A stretch of DNA of 64,000 bases from Octopus vulgaris (GCA_951406725.2 OX597821.1:40610001-40674000), one strand, 5' to 3'. Positions 40,507 to 53,007 are shown, counted from the stretch's first letter. A program made the numbers and translations. The notes: a model not told the origin generated them from the sequence alone.

Positions 40507-41334
40507 CAGTAGTTTTATTTTTTATAGCGTGCTTTCACTTCACTACCAAGCGTAGCTCTGTGTGCCTTGGGTATGTGCTGTGATTTGTTGTGATGCTCTG
40601 ATGGTTATTGTATGGAAAGTGTTCTGCGTAGGATGTGTGCAGTGCCTAGTAGTGCAATTTTCTGTATGTTATATGTGTTTGTAAGTCCTGGTGTGGAGGC
40701 GCAATGGCCCAGTGGTTAGGGTAGCGGACTCGCGGTCGGATATCGTGGTTTCGATTCCCAGACCAGGCGTTGTGAGTGTTTATTGAGCGAAAACACCTAA
40801 AGCTCCACGAGGCTCCGGCAGGGATGTTGGTAATCCCTGCTGTATTATTTCACCACAACTTTCTCTCAATCTTACTTCCTGTTTCTGTTGTACCTGTATT
40901 TCAAAGGGCTGGCCTTGTCACTCTCTGTGTCACGCTGAATATCCCTGAGAACTACGTTAAGGTTACACGTGTCTGTGGAGTGCTCATCCACTTGCACTTT
41001 AATTTCACGAGCAGGCTGTTCCGTTGATCGGATCAACCGGAACCCTCGTAGTCGTAACCGACAGAGTGCTTCTAGAAAGTCCTAGTGATTTTGTTATGTA
41101 TTTGTCTGAATATTTTTTTATCATGCCTAATGCACCTACTATGATAGGAATTGTTTCTGATCTCTGACAACTATATCTGGTCTGTTGGCCTTAATTTCTC
41201 TATCTGTGTATCGGCATATCCCAAAGTATGGTTGCTTTCTCGTTTTCTGTGACCTTTTCTGGTGTGCGCCTATACCATCTTTTTTCTGTTGTTATTCCAT
41301 AATGTTGGCATAGCTTCCAGTGTATGTAGGTTCC
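40507..41334 (-). pseudogene. R4/Dong 3' fragment (copy 2, different subfamily), internally deleted and interrupted by a SINE
   Basis: Minus strand encodes GTYIHWKLCQHYG..ENEKATILWDMPI..RPDIVVRD / ETIPIIVGALGMIKK / TPGLTNTYNIQKIALLGTAHILRRTLSIQ* (stop at 40605-40607), then a ~100 bp 3' UTR and (TAA)n. It is flanked by TAA tracts on both sides. Confidence 0.88.
40694..41076 (+). mobile_element. tRNA-derived SINE (family C), young copy inserted in Dong copy 2
   Basis: A box TGGCCCAGTGG and B box GTTTCGATTCC. TSD AAGTCCT(G/A)GTG at 40683-40693 and 41077-41087. Related copies at about 5511-5830(+), 7262-7555(-), 13303-13440(+), 15628-15940(+), 19170-19455(+), 32040-32330(+), 45565-45938(-) and 49818-50092(+). 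Confidence 0.85.
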
Positions 41335-41364
41335 ATTATTATTATTATGATTATTATTATTATG

Positions 41365-41423
<59 letters not shown>

Positions 41424-41529
41424 CATCATTATTATTATTATTATCATCATTATTATTATTATTATTATTATCATTATTATTATTATTATTATTATTATCA
41501 TCATCATCATTATTATTATTATTATTATT

Positions 41530-44484
41530 CTATGTTTGACTTTTGCTTTATATTTGTACAAGTTGGCTCCAAGTCTCACCCAGAGACCTCAAGAGACAAC
41601 AGGGTTGGAAGTTCATGTTGTTGTTATGCCTAGTGTGCCATATATTTGGGGGGTGGGGTTGTTGTACTAATGAATGTCTAAAAAAAATTTTTTTTTTTTT
41701 TTTTTTTTTTAAACCGAAAATTATGTTTGTTTTAAACCTTGAGATTACATAGAAAGTATTTTGCGTAGGATATGAGCAGTTCCCATGAGCACTATCTTTT
41801 GAATTTCTGCCATTTTTGGGTTTCCTGGTATCTGAGTTAGGTAGCTATCTGCCCCTTTTGCTATCATTCCCAGGGCACCTATGACAACAGGTATTGTTTT
41901 AGTCTTCAGCTTCCACATTTTGCTGATTTCTATTTCAAGATCTTTATATTTGCTCAGTTTTTGGTAGGTCTTGACAGATACGTTTATATCGATTGGGACA
42001 GTCATATCAATGAGGAGGCATGTTCTTTGTTTGAAGTCTTTCAATATGATGTCTGGCCTATTTGCATCTATCTTTCTGTCAGTTTGAATGGCGAAGTTCC
42101 AGAGGAGTGAGATGTGGTCATTTTCAAGCACTGGGGGTGGTTTGTGTTCCCACCAGTTTTTTTCATGGGGCAAATCCAGGTTTTTACAGATTACCCAGTG
42201 AATATATTGTGCAGCTCTATCGTGTCTGTTGAGATATTCTGTAGGCGCTAGAATACTGCACTTGGAGACCACATGGTCAATGGTTTCATTTTGTTGCTTG
42301 CATACACGACACGTTGGACTGCTTCTGATCTTTAATATGTTGGCCTGGTAGTTTCTTGTTGGTAGGCATTGATCTTGAGCTGCTATGATAAACCCCTCTG
42401 TTTCAGATTTTAAGCCAGAGGCCATTAGCCATTGATGGGTCAGGGCTTTGTCAACATCTGCATTATTTGCTCTCTTTGGGTATTTGCCATAGAGAGGTTT
42501 TTCTTGCCATTTATCATTCAGAATATCTAAGGCCGCAGATTTAGCACGGGTTTTCATGCGCTTAGCTTTTTCTGTGCCTGTTTCTTGTATGTCTATCTCT
42601 AATTCCGAAATTTGTTGTATTTGGAATTCACTTAGATACTCCTTTGCCTGTTTTGTTACTGAGTATGATGCTTTCTTGTTTTCATGTTTTGAGACAAGTT
42701 TTAACATCCAGTCCTCAGAGTTTTTCAGGTAGGTGTCTAGGCCAATTGTAGCAATCTTCATTGTTATTGCCAGTTGTAAAAGTCCACGGCCTCCCTCTTT
42801 TCTTGGCAGATAAAGTCGTTCTGTATCTGCCTTAGGGTGGTGCATTCTATGCATTGTCAACAGCTTTCGTATTTTTCTGTCAAGATTACATATTTCAGTA
42901 ATTGACCAGTTAACGATACTGAAACTGTAAGTCACGACTGGTATGGCTAATGCATTGATCGCTTCGATCCTGTTTCTCGCATTCAGCTCTGTCTTGAGTA
43001 TTGCTCTTACTCTGCGGTAGCATTCTCTCCTGATCCTTTCCTTCATCTCTGAATGCCTTATTCCTTCTCCTTCAATTACCCCTAGATACTTGTAGTTCTC
43101 TGCTGGGTCTAATTCTTTTATGACATTCTGCTGGTCAAGGTTAACGTTAGATGTTTCTGTCATTTTTCCTTTGATAAAGGTAGCTTTTGCGCATTTATCG
43201 AGGCCAAATTGCATTCTGATGTCATCACTGAATTGTTTGACAATCGCTAGTAAGCCCTTGAGTTGTTGGTCATTTTTTGCAAAGAGCTTTAAATCATCCA
43301 TGTAAATGAGATGATTTATATTTTTATCAAACATTTTATATCCGTACTGCGCATCATTGAGCAGTTTTGAGAGAGGTATTAAGGCTAAACAGAAGAGGAG
43401 CGGTGATAGTGAGTCACCCTGGAAAATGCCACATGAAATTTTTACATCACCAGCATTTAGAGATTCATTGTCACTGTTCAAAGTTAGTGTGGTTCTCCAT
43501 GATCTCATACTTACAGACAAAAAGTTTCGCAGAGCAGGTGCTATCTTATACATTTCTAGGCATTTATTAATCCAGCTATGTGGTAGGCTATCAAAAGCCT
43601 TTTTATAGTCTATCCAGGCTATTGATAAGGTTTTATGTCGTTTGTGACAATCTTCTAAGATCATCTTATTGATGAGTAGTTGATCTTTACAACCGTAGGA
43701 TCCACGTTTACATCCTTTCTGTTCATTAGGGAATATGCTGCTGTCTGTCAAAAAACTATAGGTATATTCCGTCAGGACAGATGTTAGTGTTTTATACATA
43801 GTTGTTAGGCAGGTTATGGGTCTATAGTTTTTGGGTTCATTTGTTTCTTCACTTTTTGGAAGCAGGAATGTTAACCCATTAACTAGCCAAGGAGGCATCC
43901 TACTAGGGTGTTGCAAAACATCATTGTAAAGTTCTGCTAGCAGTTCATGGCTCTCTGGGAAGGCATTCAACCAAAAGTTAGGGATTTTATCCTTTCCTGG
44001 AGACTTCCATTTGCTTGACCTCCTGAGAGCAGATCTTATATCTTCTACCTTGACACCCTCCCACTTTTGCTCTTCTAAGGAGTCCAGTTCTTTAGATATT
44101 CTATCAATCCAGGGGGCCTTTTCGCTGTGTGTTTTTTCTTCTGCCCAAATTTTATTCCAAAATCCCTGCACTTCTTCTTTTGATGGTACAGACTTTACAG
44201 TAACTGTTGTTTTTCCTATCTTCCTGTAAAAATGTTTGGGGTTACTTTTGAACATGTTGTTGTCCCTGTAGAATCTAATACGCTTTTCATATCTCGCTAT
44301 GCGGGCAGCTTTAGCAGATACCTTTTGCTTGATGGTTTCTATGGTGGCATCAATATCAAGTATAGTTTTCATATTATATTTTTTCATTAGTTTTTGGGTT
44401 TTTGCAGGTTTGGTAGTCTTATGAACCTTAAGGTTTTTCAAATATTCAATGTCAGATCTAAATAGTTTAATTTGTTGTTGCAAA
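41530..44484 (-). mobile_element. R4/Dong non-LTR retrotransposon (copy 1, young), inserted in a (TAA)n microsatellite
   Basis: The ORF above plus a ~215 bp 3' UTR. (TAA)n tracts abut both ends (41335-41529 and 44485-44567), matching the known TAA-repeat specificity of Dong elements. Confidence 0.93.
41745..44483 (-). CDS. R4/Dong-clade non-LTR retrotransposon ORF (reverse transcriptase + CCHC zinc knuckle + restriction-like endonuclease), 5'-truncated but uninterrupted
   Basis: RT motifs NYRPITCL, IDYKKAFDS, GIFQGDSLSPLLF, YMDD and YKYLG. CCHC knuckle CRVC...HVVSKC, then RHD and RPDII..LIDMTVP..KLSKY (PD-D..K REL endonuclease). The ORF-track extension to 44627 (TTG start, poly-Asn) is read-through of the (AAT)n target and flanking element, not element sequence. 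Confidence 0.95.
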   Translation of the reverse strand: MQQQIKLFRSDIEYLKNLKVHKTTKPAKTQKLMKKYNMKTILDIDATIETIKQKVSAKAARIARYEKRIRFYRDNNMFKSNPKHFYRKIGKTTVTVKSVPSKEEVQGFWNKIWAEEKTHSEKAPWIDRISKELDSLEEQKWEGVKVEDIRSALRRSSKWKSPGKDKIPNFWLNAFPESHELLAELYNDVLQHPSRMPPWLVNGLTFLLPKSEETNEPKNYRPITCLTTMYKTLTSVLTEYTYSFLTDSSIFPNEQKGCKRGSYGCKDQLLINKMILEDCHKRHKTLSIAWIDYKKAFDSLPHSWINKCLEMYKIAPALRNFLSVSMRSWRTTLTLNSDNESLNAGDVKISCGIFQGDSLSPLLFCLALIPLSKLLNDAQYGYKMFDKNINHLIYMDDLKLFAKNDQQLKGLLAIVKQFSDDIRMQFGLDKCAKATFIKGKMTETSNVNLDQQNVIKELDPAENYKYLGVIEGEGIRHSEMKERIRRECYRRVRAILKTELNARNRIEAINALAIPVVTYSFSIVNWSITEICNLDRKIRKLLTMHRMHHPKADTERLYLPRKEGGRGLLQLAITMKIATIGLDTYLKNSEDWMLKLVSKHENKKASYSVTKQAKEYLSEFQIQQISELEIDIQETGTEKAKRMKTRAKSAALDILNDKWQEKPLYGKYPKRANNADVDKALTHQWLMASGLKSETEGFIIAAQDQCLPTRNYQANILKIRSSPTCRVCKQQNETIDHVVSKCSILAPTEYLNRHDRAAQYIHWVICKNLDLPHEKNWWEHKPPPVLENDHISLLWNFAIQTDRKIDANRPDIILKDFKQRTCLLIDMTVPIDINVSVKTYQKLSKYKDLEIEISKMWKLKTKTIPVVIGALGMIAKGADSYLTQIPGNPKMAEIQKIVLMGTAHILRKILSM

Positions 44485-44490
44485 TTATTA

Positions 44491-44571
<81 letters not shown>

Positions 44572-45243
44572 TCACTGCCTGGAATCAAACTCAGAATCTT
44601 GGACAAATATCCATCAAATGTAAACAATGTACATAATTCCTCATCTCTTAAATATAGAATTGTATGTAACTAATTGTTTTCACAAATATAAAATATATCT
44701 ATGAATGAAGCATAGTTAAAACTGGATGTTCCCAGGCAAGTCAACCATTCATTTCCAACAAGATAAGCACCAGCAGATGGAATGATGAAGGGATTCAATT
44801 TCTGCTCTTACTTTTGTGAACTAAAGAATAAGAATTCACAGAATATTTATACCAAGTCCACCAATCTCAACTACTAATGCCTGCAGTAACATGCATTTAC
44901 ACTAATATTCTGGTGCTGGTACCACCCAGTACACATTATAAAGTGGTTGGCATTAGGAAGGGAATCCAGCCATAGAAACTTTGCCAGAACAGTCAATGGA
45001 ACCTGGTGTGGAACCTGGTGTGGAACCCGGCCTTACCAGCTCCTGTCAAATCATCCAACCCATGCCAGTATGGAAAACGGATGTTAAATGATGATGATGA
45101 TGACATCAGCGATGAGAACAACGATGATTATGATGATGACAACGACAAGGATTCATTCACACACACACACACATACACACACTCACACACACACATGCAT
45201 ACACATGCACAAAGTATTACACTGTATCTACCCTACTAAATGC

Positions 45244-45548
45244 TAATATTGTGGTAGACCAGTGGTTCCTAAACATTTTTGGGCAACTGCCCCTTTGGTT
45301 TTAAGGCCAGATTCCTTATGCTCCCTCCCACTCACCATCACAGACAAAGAACATTTTCTGCAGCAAATTCAATACAACAGTATTTCACAAATAAAACATT
45401 ACCAGCTGAAAATAATGACCATCACCAATGAATTGTTACTTTAGATTGCTAATTCTGTGACACAGCATAGACTTTTTTTTCTTTTTATAATTTAATTTAG
45501 TTTGTACAATTTTAAGGCTCAATGAACTACTGGTATACCAACATATTG
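45244..45548. mobile_element. Possible hAT-like MITE
   Basis: Terminal inverted match TGGTAGACCAGTGGTTC / GAACTACTGGTATACCA. The CAGTGGTTCCTAAAC start resembles hAT/Charlie termini. No clear TSD. Confidence 0.35.
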
Positions 45549-45564
45549 TAGAAGTTAGATTGGA

Positions 45565-45938
45565 GCACCACGTTAGTTACAATAACAAGGATTCCAATTG
45601 ATCTGATCAACAGAACAGCCTACTCGTGAAATTAACCTGAAAGCGGCTGAGCACTCCACAGATACGTGTATCCCTAATATAGTTCTTAGGGATATTCAGC
45701 ATGACACAAAATGTGACAAGGCTAGCCCTTTGAAATTCAGGTACACCAGAAACAGGAAGAAAGAGTGAGAGAAAGTTGTGGTGAAAGAGTACAGCAGGGG
45801 TCGTCTCCATCCCCTGCCAGAGCCTTGTGGAGCTTTAGGTGTTTTCGCTCAATAAATACTCAATTCCTGGTTTGGGAATTGAAACCTCGATCCTTCAACC
45901 GCAAGTCCGCTGCCCCAACCACTGGGCCATTGCACCTC
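45565..45938 (-). mobile_element. tRNA-derived SINE (family C)
   Basis: Reverse complement of the 40694-41076 element. Confidence 0.8.
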
Positions 45939-47089
45939 GACAGAAGTTATTTCAATATTGTAAAGTATATTTATTTGCAATACACACACACACACAAACA
46001 CACACAAGGACATGTGCTTATGCACACAGACACATACACATGCTCACATACACATATGTGCTCACACGTGCTGGCACACAATCTTGCTGCAGAAGGCAAT
46101 ACATGTTTCAAACAATAATTTTAAAGTTAATTTCCCCCACATACAACATCCTGTGGTATCTTATCTGAAACAACCAAGGTTCTCAGATCCGATCTAATTA
46201 CTTTCTTTCCTATTATTCTTATCTGTGGGTTCCTGTGTTTTTCTGGTCATCAATTCACAACACATTTCCCTCTCAGTAATTATCAGTCCTTCACATCATA
46301 TGCTTACAACGTTCGACATACACAGCTGTTTTCTCAATTAATTTGTGTTCAACCTTTGTTGCCAGTTATTGCAATATTGCACAACCTACAGCAGTTGCTG
46401 TTGATCTAGCTCAACGATTGTTGATTGCTAAAATACTGCACCACCCTTGTTGTACATTATTGACATTCTCTCTCTCATATCTTGCGAGGAATACTTTGTT
46501 ACAAACAGAGATAGCTGTTTACATAATTTCTCTGTTTCCTTTCAACATTGCTCAACTTACCACCACTCAATCCACACCGAGTGAGAACAATTACGTCTCT
46601 CGGATAACACAACTTGTTTATTCCTTTCAAGAAACTCAAAAATCAAAATATTTTTAAAAATCAGTAAGAAACAGCTTTCTTCCACCCTTTTCTTATAATT
46701 CCAATTCACATCAAAGATGCATTAAAAGAATAATTTCCATAACTTTGTTAGTGTCTTATTTTATTGGCCCCCACAGAGGGATGAACAGCAGAACTGACCT
46801 TGGCAAGAATTCAGCTAAGAATAAAAGAAGTTCATGACTACATATTGCCAGCATCTTGTTCAAAGCTCTAACGATTCCACCAGTAAATACTTTGGTTCTC
46901 ATTGTAATCTTACTTTATCGATATTTATATCTGATGTTGAAAGTCCATAAATACTGCTTTCTTTCAGTTCAAATGTTCTACACATTAAATGCTGTTTGTA
47001 AATGCACCCATTTTACATTTGGAATATGTTTCAGTTTGAATGGTCTTCCAATATTCACCAAGTCTATACTTGAATTCCACCAAAGGGTC

Positions 47090-47403
47090 CACTCCTAGTT
47101 GTGGTGTTGTGGTTTGCATGCCTCAATGTCTCTGAGAGCTTTACTAGCAAAGACCGCCATAGAGCCTCCCATGCTGGACAGGTCAAAGGTTAGAGGCCAG
47201 ACTAACATGGACCACCTCCTCCCAGAGGTAAAAATTGGTTTGTTTAGGGTCATCACCCCTACCTAGAAAAAAGCAAAGTTACCAAAACCTCAATGACAAT
47301 CCTAAAGCAACACCTGGGAAAGGAAGCCAGCCCAGAGTCAAGAACAGAGGGAAAAGTCATTGATGACCTAAGCTGTACTAGGAGTAAAGGGCTTCAATAA
47401 GCA
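47090..47403 (+). mobile_element. Bipartite non-autonomous RTE derivative (RTE 5' UTR joined to RTE 3' end)
   Basis: The 5' part CACTCCTAGTTGTGG..TTGCATGCCTCAATG..CCCATGCTGGACAGGTCA..GACTAACATGGACCAC resembles BovB/RTE 5' UTRs as I recall them. The 3' part TTGATGACCTAAGCT..CTAGGAGTAAAGGGCTTCAATAAG resembles RTE 3' termini. Confidence 0.55.
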
Positions 47404-48279
47404 ACACTTAACCTGTATTGTTGTTTTTCCCTCTTGAAAGTTTTTATGGCTGGTTTATTTAATATACTACATAAAATTTTTGCTGACAAAATTTACAGTT
47501 ATCTTATGACAAGAGAGTCTGAGAGAATAAGTACCATACTGAAGAATAAGCACCGAGACTGGTTTGTTTGATCAAAATTTTTGAAGGTGGTGCCACAACA
47601 TGACTGCAGTCTAATGACTGAAACAAGTAAAGGATAAAAAGTGGAAGAATTAACTTGCTCATGATTCTCATTTTACAGAAGAAGGGAAACACTTTAGCTC
47701 ATATTAAAATTAGATGTTGGTGATCCAGTTTATGATGTTACTTTAGATATTAATGTCCTGTTTATTATCATTATCTTAATATTGGAGATGCTGGTAGCTT
47801 ATGTTATCCTCTAGAGATAAAGATTTATTGGCTGACAAAGAGACGAATGAAATAAAAGCAGAAACAATCCCCAGTTAACATGGACAATATCTTTACCTTG
47901 TATATTGAAACAAATCACATCAGTTTGATATATCTTTTAAGGAGTGTTTGTGTAAAATCAAACATTTGAGCATAAATATGAAGAGAGCAATGGAAATTAA
48001 TGTTTACTTAAATATCTGTACAGTGTTTATTAGGAAAAAATTTAAGAGCAATCTGTGATGGTTGACAATAAATATTAACAACAAAAATGATTTTCACTTC
48101 CTAATCAGAAGTATGTTTAATTGATGCAAGGTGTTCTTGGAGAAGCCCAAAATATCTGAGTCAGTAGGGTTCTAGAGTAGGCCATCTGTGCTTCTATCAT
48201 TTCTGTCATGTCACCGATGAGATCCAGTTCGATCTAACCCTCCCTGGCTTAGTGTGTTTTGCTATAAGTAACAACTATT

Positions 48280-48510
48280 TATCTAACCAACTAATTAATT
48301 GATCGTTTGTTTAATGTGCTGATGAAACAATTACTCATCGCTTGTTAATCAAAGTTCTTTCATTGCCGTTTGCAACCTTTTCAGAGTTTCAGAGCAGACC
48401 TTCGAGTGAGAGGGGAAGGTCGGCCACTGAAAAGGTTGAAAACAGCAACAAAAGATCTTTGACTAACAAACCACTGATTGATTGTTTAAGCAACACATTA
48501 AACAAGCGAA
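48280..48510. mobile_element. Imperfect palindrome, same family as the 1350-1670 MITE
   Basis: TCGTTTGTTTAATGTG / CACATTAAACAAGCGA, CAACCTTTTCAG / CTGAAAAGGTTG, and a central GACCTTC / GAAGGTC. Confidence 0.6.
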
Positions 48511-48946
48511 GGACTGTATACATATTTATCAACATGACCTTCTTACTTTGTAGCAGGAAGCAATATAATTTATGGTTGGCGAAGCACTGAACTGATATAA
48601 ATGATTATTTGACTGAGAGCGACTGATATTGCTTGAAATTCTAGGAACCTCATTTCTGGGACAATAAAATCAGTGATGATGGTGGTAGGACCAGTAATGA
48701 GTTATATCATGGGTTAGCAAACTCTTGTCCCTGACCAAATCCAGTCCACCAATTTTATTAAATATCAAAAATTACTTTGAGTTTTTCTCTATTTATCTCT
48801 AGTTGGCATGTGTGGTAAGAAGTCTGCTTCCTAACCACATGGTTCTAGGTTCAGTCCCACTATGTGGAACCTTGGGCAAGTGTCTTCTACTATAATGTCA
48901 GGCCAACTGAAGAGTTGGAAGACAGAAACTGAAAGAATCCCGTTGT

Positions 48947-48977
<31 letters not shown>

Positions 48978-49293
48978 AATTTGTGTCTGTATTTGTTTGA
49001 CAGCATTTCTTGACAACCGGTATTAGTGTGCTTATGTCCCCTGGAACTTGGCAGATTGACAAAAGAGACTGATGGAATAGGAACCTGGCTTAAAAAACTA
49101 ATTAAGTGCTGGGGTTGATTCGTCCAACTAAATGTCTTCAAGGAAGGGCTCCAGCTTATATTTCTAGGGGCCTCAAATGTATTAAGGTTTAATAAAAAAA
49201 AAGTGTCTACATAATATTCCTGAAATTGGTTCAAAGTGAAAATTTCTTCAAAATGGTTCCATTTTCCTTCATGAGAATTACAACAGAGACTGC

Positions 49294-49810
49294 CATCATC
49301 ATCATCATCATCATCATTGTTTAACTTTTGTTTTGCCTGTTGGCATGGGGTGGATAGTTTGGCAGGAGCTGGCCAGCCAAAGAGCTGGCCAGCCAATAAG
49401 CTGTCCAGACTCCAATTGTCAGTTTGGGCCTAGTTTCTACAGCTGGATGCCCTTCCTCACACCAACCACTTTACGGAGCATGTTGGGTGCCTTTTACGTG
49501 CCATCAGCAATGGTGCATTTATGCAGCACTGAATTGAGTGCATTTTATGTAGCTCCAGCTCCTGAAAAGTACATGCCAGTATGCATGGATGATTCTGATT
49601 GAACTTAGCTTGATATGTCTTCTAAAATATACCAAATCATCACATCTCCCAGTTCTTTGTCATCTCTTCAACAAGGCCCAGTATCTGAAGAGTCTTTCTC
49701 ACCACTTCTTTCTACATCTTCCTGGGTCTACTCATTCCACAGGTTCCCTACACAATTAGAGATCAACACATCATTAAGCAACTCTCTTCATCCATGCACA
49801 TCATATGACC
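49294..49810 (-). mobile_element. RTE 3' end fragment (UTR plus short RT tail)
   Basis: Same UTR motifs (CAGCTGGATGCCCTTCCT..CCAACCAC), a GRPRKMxKEVV-like tail and a (CAT)n end. Confidence 0.65.
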
Positions 49811-50129
49811 ACAAACTCACGAGTTCAATTCCTGGTGATGCGTTGTGTCCTTGAGCAAGACACTTTATTTCACATTACTCCAGTGCTCTCAGCTGGCAAA
49901 AATTAGTGATACCTGTAATTCAAAGGGCCAATCTTATGACATTCTGTATCATGCTGAATCCCCCTGCAAACTACATTAAGGGTACACATGTCTGTGAAGC
50001 ACTCAGCCACATGAGCGTTAATTTTTGCAAGCAGGCTGTTCATTTGATCAGATCAACTGGAACCCTTGTCATTGTAATCAACAGAGTACCAGCTGTATGT
50101 ATGTATGTGTCTCTATGCATGCATGCATC

Positions 50130-50440
50130 TATCAGTCAGAGAACTCTCAGGGATTGGCCCCTTGTAAATTGTGAAATGGCTAGTGTTCACAACAGAACAT
50201 GTGTGGTCTGCGGAACGATGTGCCTTTCTAGATGGAGGACTGAAAAAGCATGTCAAAAGAGTTCATGCTCTGGCACCTGTTCCCTCTGCCGGTCAGCGCA
50301 GTTGCACATTATGCAACAGAATGTGCAAATTTTTTGCCAGACTCAACAGTCAGAATAGGGCCTCACATTGCATCAACAATGACTCAGTTCAATGATTCTT
50401 TCTAGGAATGGCTTTGCTCGTATACACGAAAGCATACTGT
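50130..50440 (+). pseudogene. Probable LINE (RTE-like) 3' end with degenerate zinc-finger motifs
   Basis: CVVCGTMC / GGLKKHVKRVH..CTLCNRMCKFFARLNS, followed by a short UTR and an (ATGT)-like tail. Confidence 0.4.
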
Positions 50441-50499
50441 TTATGTATGCATGAATGTATGTGTTTACATATACATATACATACACACACACACATATA

Positions 50500-51029
50500 T
50501 ATATCATATTAATATATACATATGTATACATATATATATATATGTATATATATGCACACACAGTGTACATATATATACATAATACACACACACACACACA
50601 TATATATCATATTTATATATACATATGTATACATATATATATGTATATATATATGCACACACAGTGTACATATATATATACATAATACACACACACATAC
50701 ACACACACACATATATATATATATCATATTTATATATACATATGTATACATATATATATGTATATATATATGCACACACAGTGTACATATATATATACAT
50801 AATACACACACACATACACACACACACACACACATATATATATATCATATTTATATATACATATGTATACATATATATATGTATATATATATGCACACAC
50901 AGTGTACATATATATATACATAATACACACACACACACACATATATATCATATTTATATATACATCTGTATACATATATATATATGCAGATACTGTGTAC
51001 ATATATATATACATAATACACACACACAT

Positions 51030-51061
<32 letters not shown>

Positions 51062-51588
51062 CATATTTATATATACATATGTATACATATATATATATGT
51101 ATATATATGCACACACAGTGTACATATATATACATAATACACACACACACACATATATATCATATTTATATATACATCTGTATACATATATATATATGTA
51201 TATATATATGCACATGCAGTGTACATATATATATACATAATACACACACACATACACACACACACACATATATATATATCATATTTATATATACATCTGT
51301 ATACATATATATATATGTATATATATATGCAGATACAGTGTACATATATATATACATAATACACACACACACACACATATATATATATATCATATTTATA
51401 TATACATATGTATACATATATATATGTATATATATATGCACATACAGTGTACATATATATATATACATAATACACACACACATACACACACACACACATA
51501 TATATATATCATATTTATATATACATATGTATACATATATATATGTATATATATATGCACACACAGTGTACATATATATATACATAAT

Positions 51589-51626
<38 letters not shown>

Positions 51627-51732
51627 CATATTTATATATACATATGTATACATATATATATGTATATATATATGCACACACAGTGTACATATATATATAC
51701 ATAATACACACACACATACACACACACATATA
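50500..51732. repeat. Higher-order tandem repeat of a ~105-120 bp compound (TA)/(CA) unit, about 11 copies
   Basis: Recurring anchors ATCATATTTATATATACAT, CAGTGTACAT and CATAATACAC. Confidence 0.9.
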
Positions 51733-52288
51733 CATGAAGGATCAAATGTATCTTATGGGATTTACATATATATGGAATCTTCCTGACTTCATTGATTAAA
51801 AGTCCAGAATTATATTGAAGCGATTTCATGCCAAGTGACTCTATTAGAAAGTTTCTCCATTAAGCTCCTATAATATATGGTATTAGAAGATTTACTTGTA
51901 ACTACCTACAACAATGAAACAGGTAAATTAGAGACACAAGCATAGCTATAATACATATAATTGGACTGGAAAATTGGATTATTTTTATAACTGTGCTATC
52001 ATTTCAATCAGCATTATTAGGAAAAGATATCATTGTAAACTCACCTTGTATCGAAATATTTGACTTATCTTCAACTGGCATTTGTTGGCATACCCCATAA
52101 AGGCAACAGGAAATAGAATTAAATCATTAAATAGATGAGAAATGGCAGGAAAATAAAATACAAACAAATTTGTTCCAATATTTTAAGCATGTTTCAATCA
52201 AATGCAAATGATGAATATGATTTATTGATTTTGAATAAATAAATATTCACTGCCATAGATTGCTTCCATGATATGTATATAGGTCTAC

Positions 52289-52376
<88 letters not shown>

Positions 52377-52385
52377 CTCTATCTA

Positions 52386-52439
<54 letters not shown>

Positions 52440-52809
52440 CACATACACATATTAATATTTGTCGTTATGTTAAGTTATTATGAAAATAATTTTACATTAC
52501 ACTGAAGGATTCCTGAATACATTTGTAGAATTCAAATTTATTTTTCTTTAGCAAGAATCATATCAACAGTAACTTTGAAGTTTCAGCCAGCTTATCTAAC
52601 ATAGAATTGTGGTACATTTGAGTTCATCTCAGCTTTTCTAGTCATTGTTCAGTTGAAATATTCTGAGACAGATGGAGCTAATATATATCGACAGATAATT
52701 AGGTTGAAGGTTTGGTTGTGATGGAGAAATGTTATAAAAAATATTTTGCTGATTAAATTTGCAATCAGATGTGTAAATTTTGGTGTATCAGCTTCAGGTC
52801 ATGGGGTTG

Positions 52810-52855
<46 letters not shown>

Positions 52856-52921
52856 ATAAAAATGGTAAGACAACAAAAGAAAGAAAGAGACCTCGATATT
52901 ATGTAAATAGAGGAATTTATC

Positions 52922-53007
52922 TGTAAATGTAATATGTGACAATTATTCAGTAACCATGATAAAACTCGGAGTTTTATCATGGCTACCGAATAATTGTAAC
53001 ATATTAC

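Larger units (their letters stand above)
40290..44662. mobile_element. Foldback hammerhead element, copy D, expanded by nested Dong x2 and SINE insertions
   Basis: 13 bp TSD TATGTAACTAATT at 40277-40289 and 44663-44675. The left arm (40290-~40450) continues at 44567-44600, and a short right arm lies at 44601-44662. Confidence 0.85.

Noticed and set aside
43120-44229. Plus-strand ORFs overlapping the Dong ORF
   Set aside because: Antisense shadow frames with no motifs.
44484-44627. N-terminal poly-Asn extension of the 960 aa ORF as genuine protein
   Set aside because: It starts at TTG within the flanking foldback element and runs through the (AAT)n target site.
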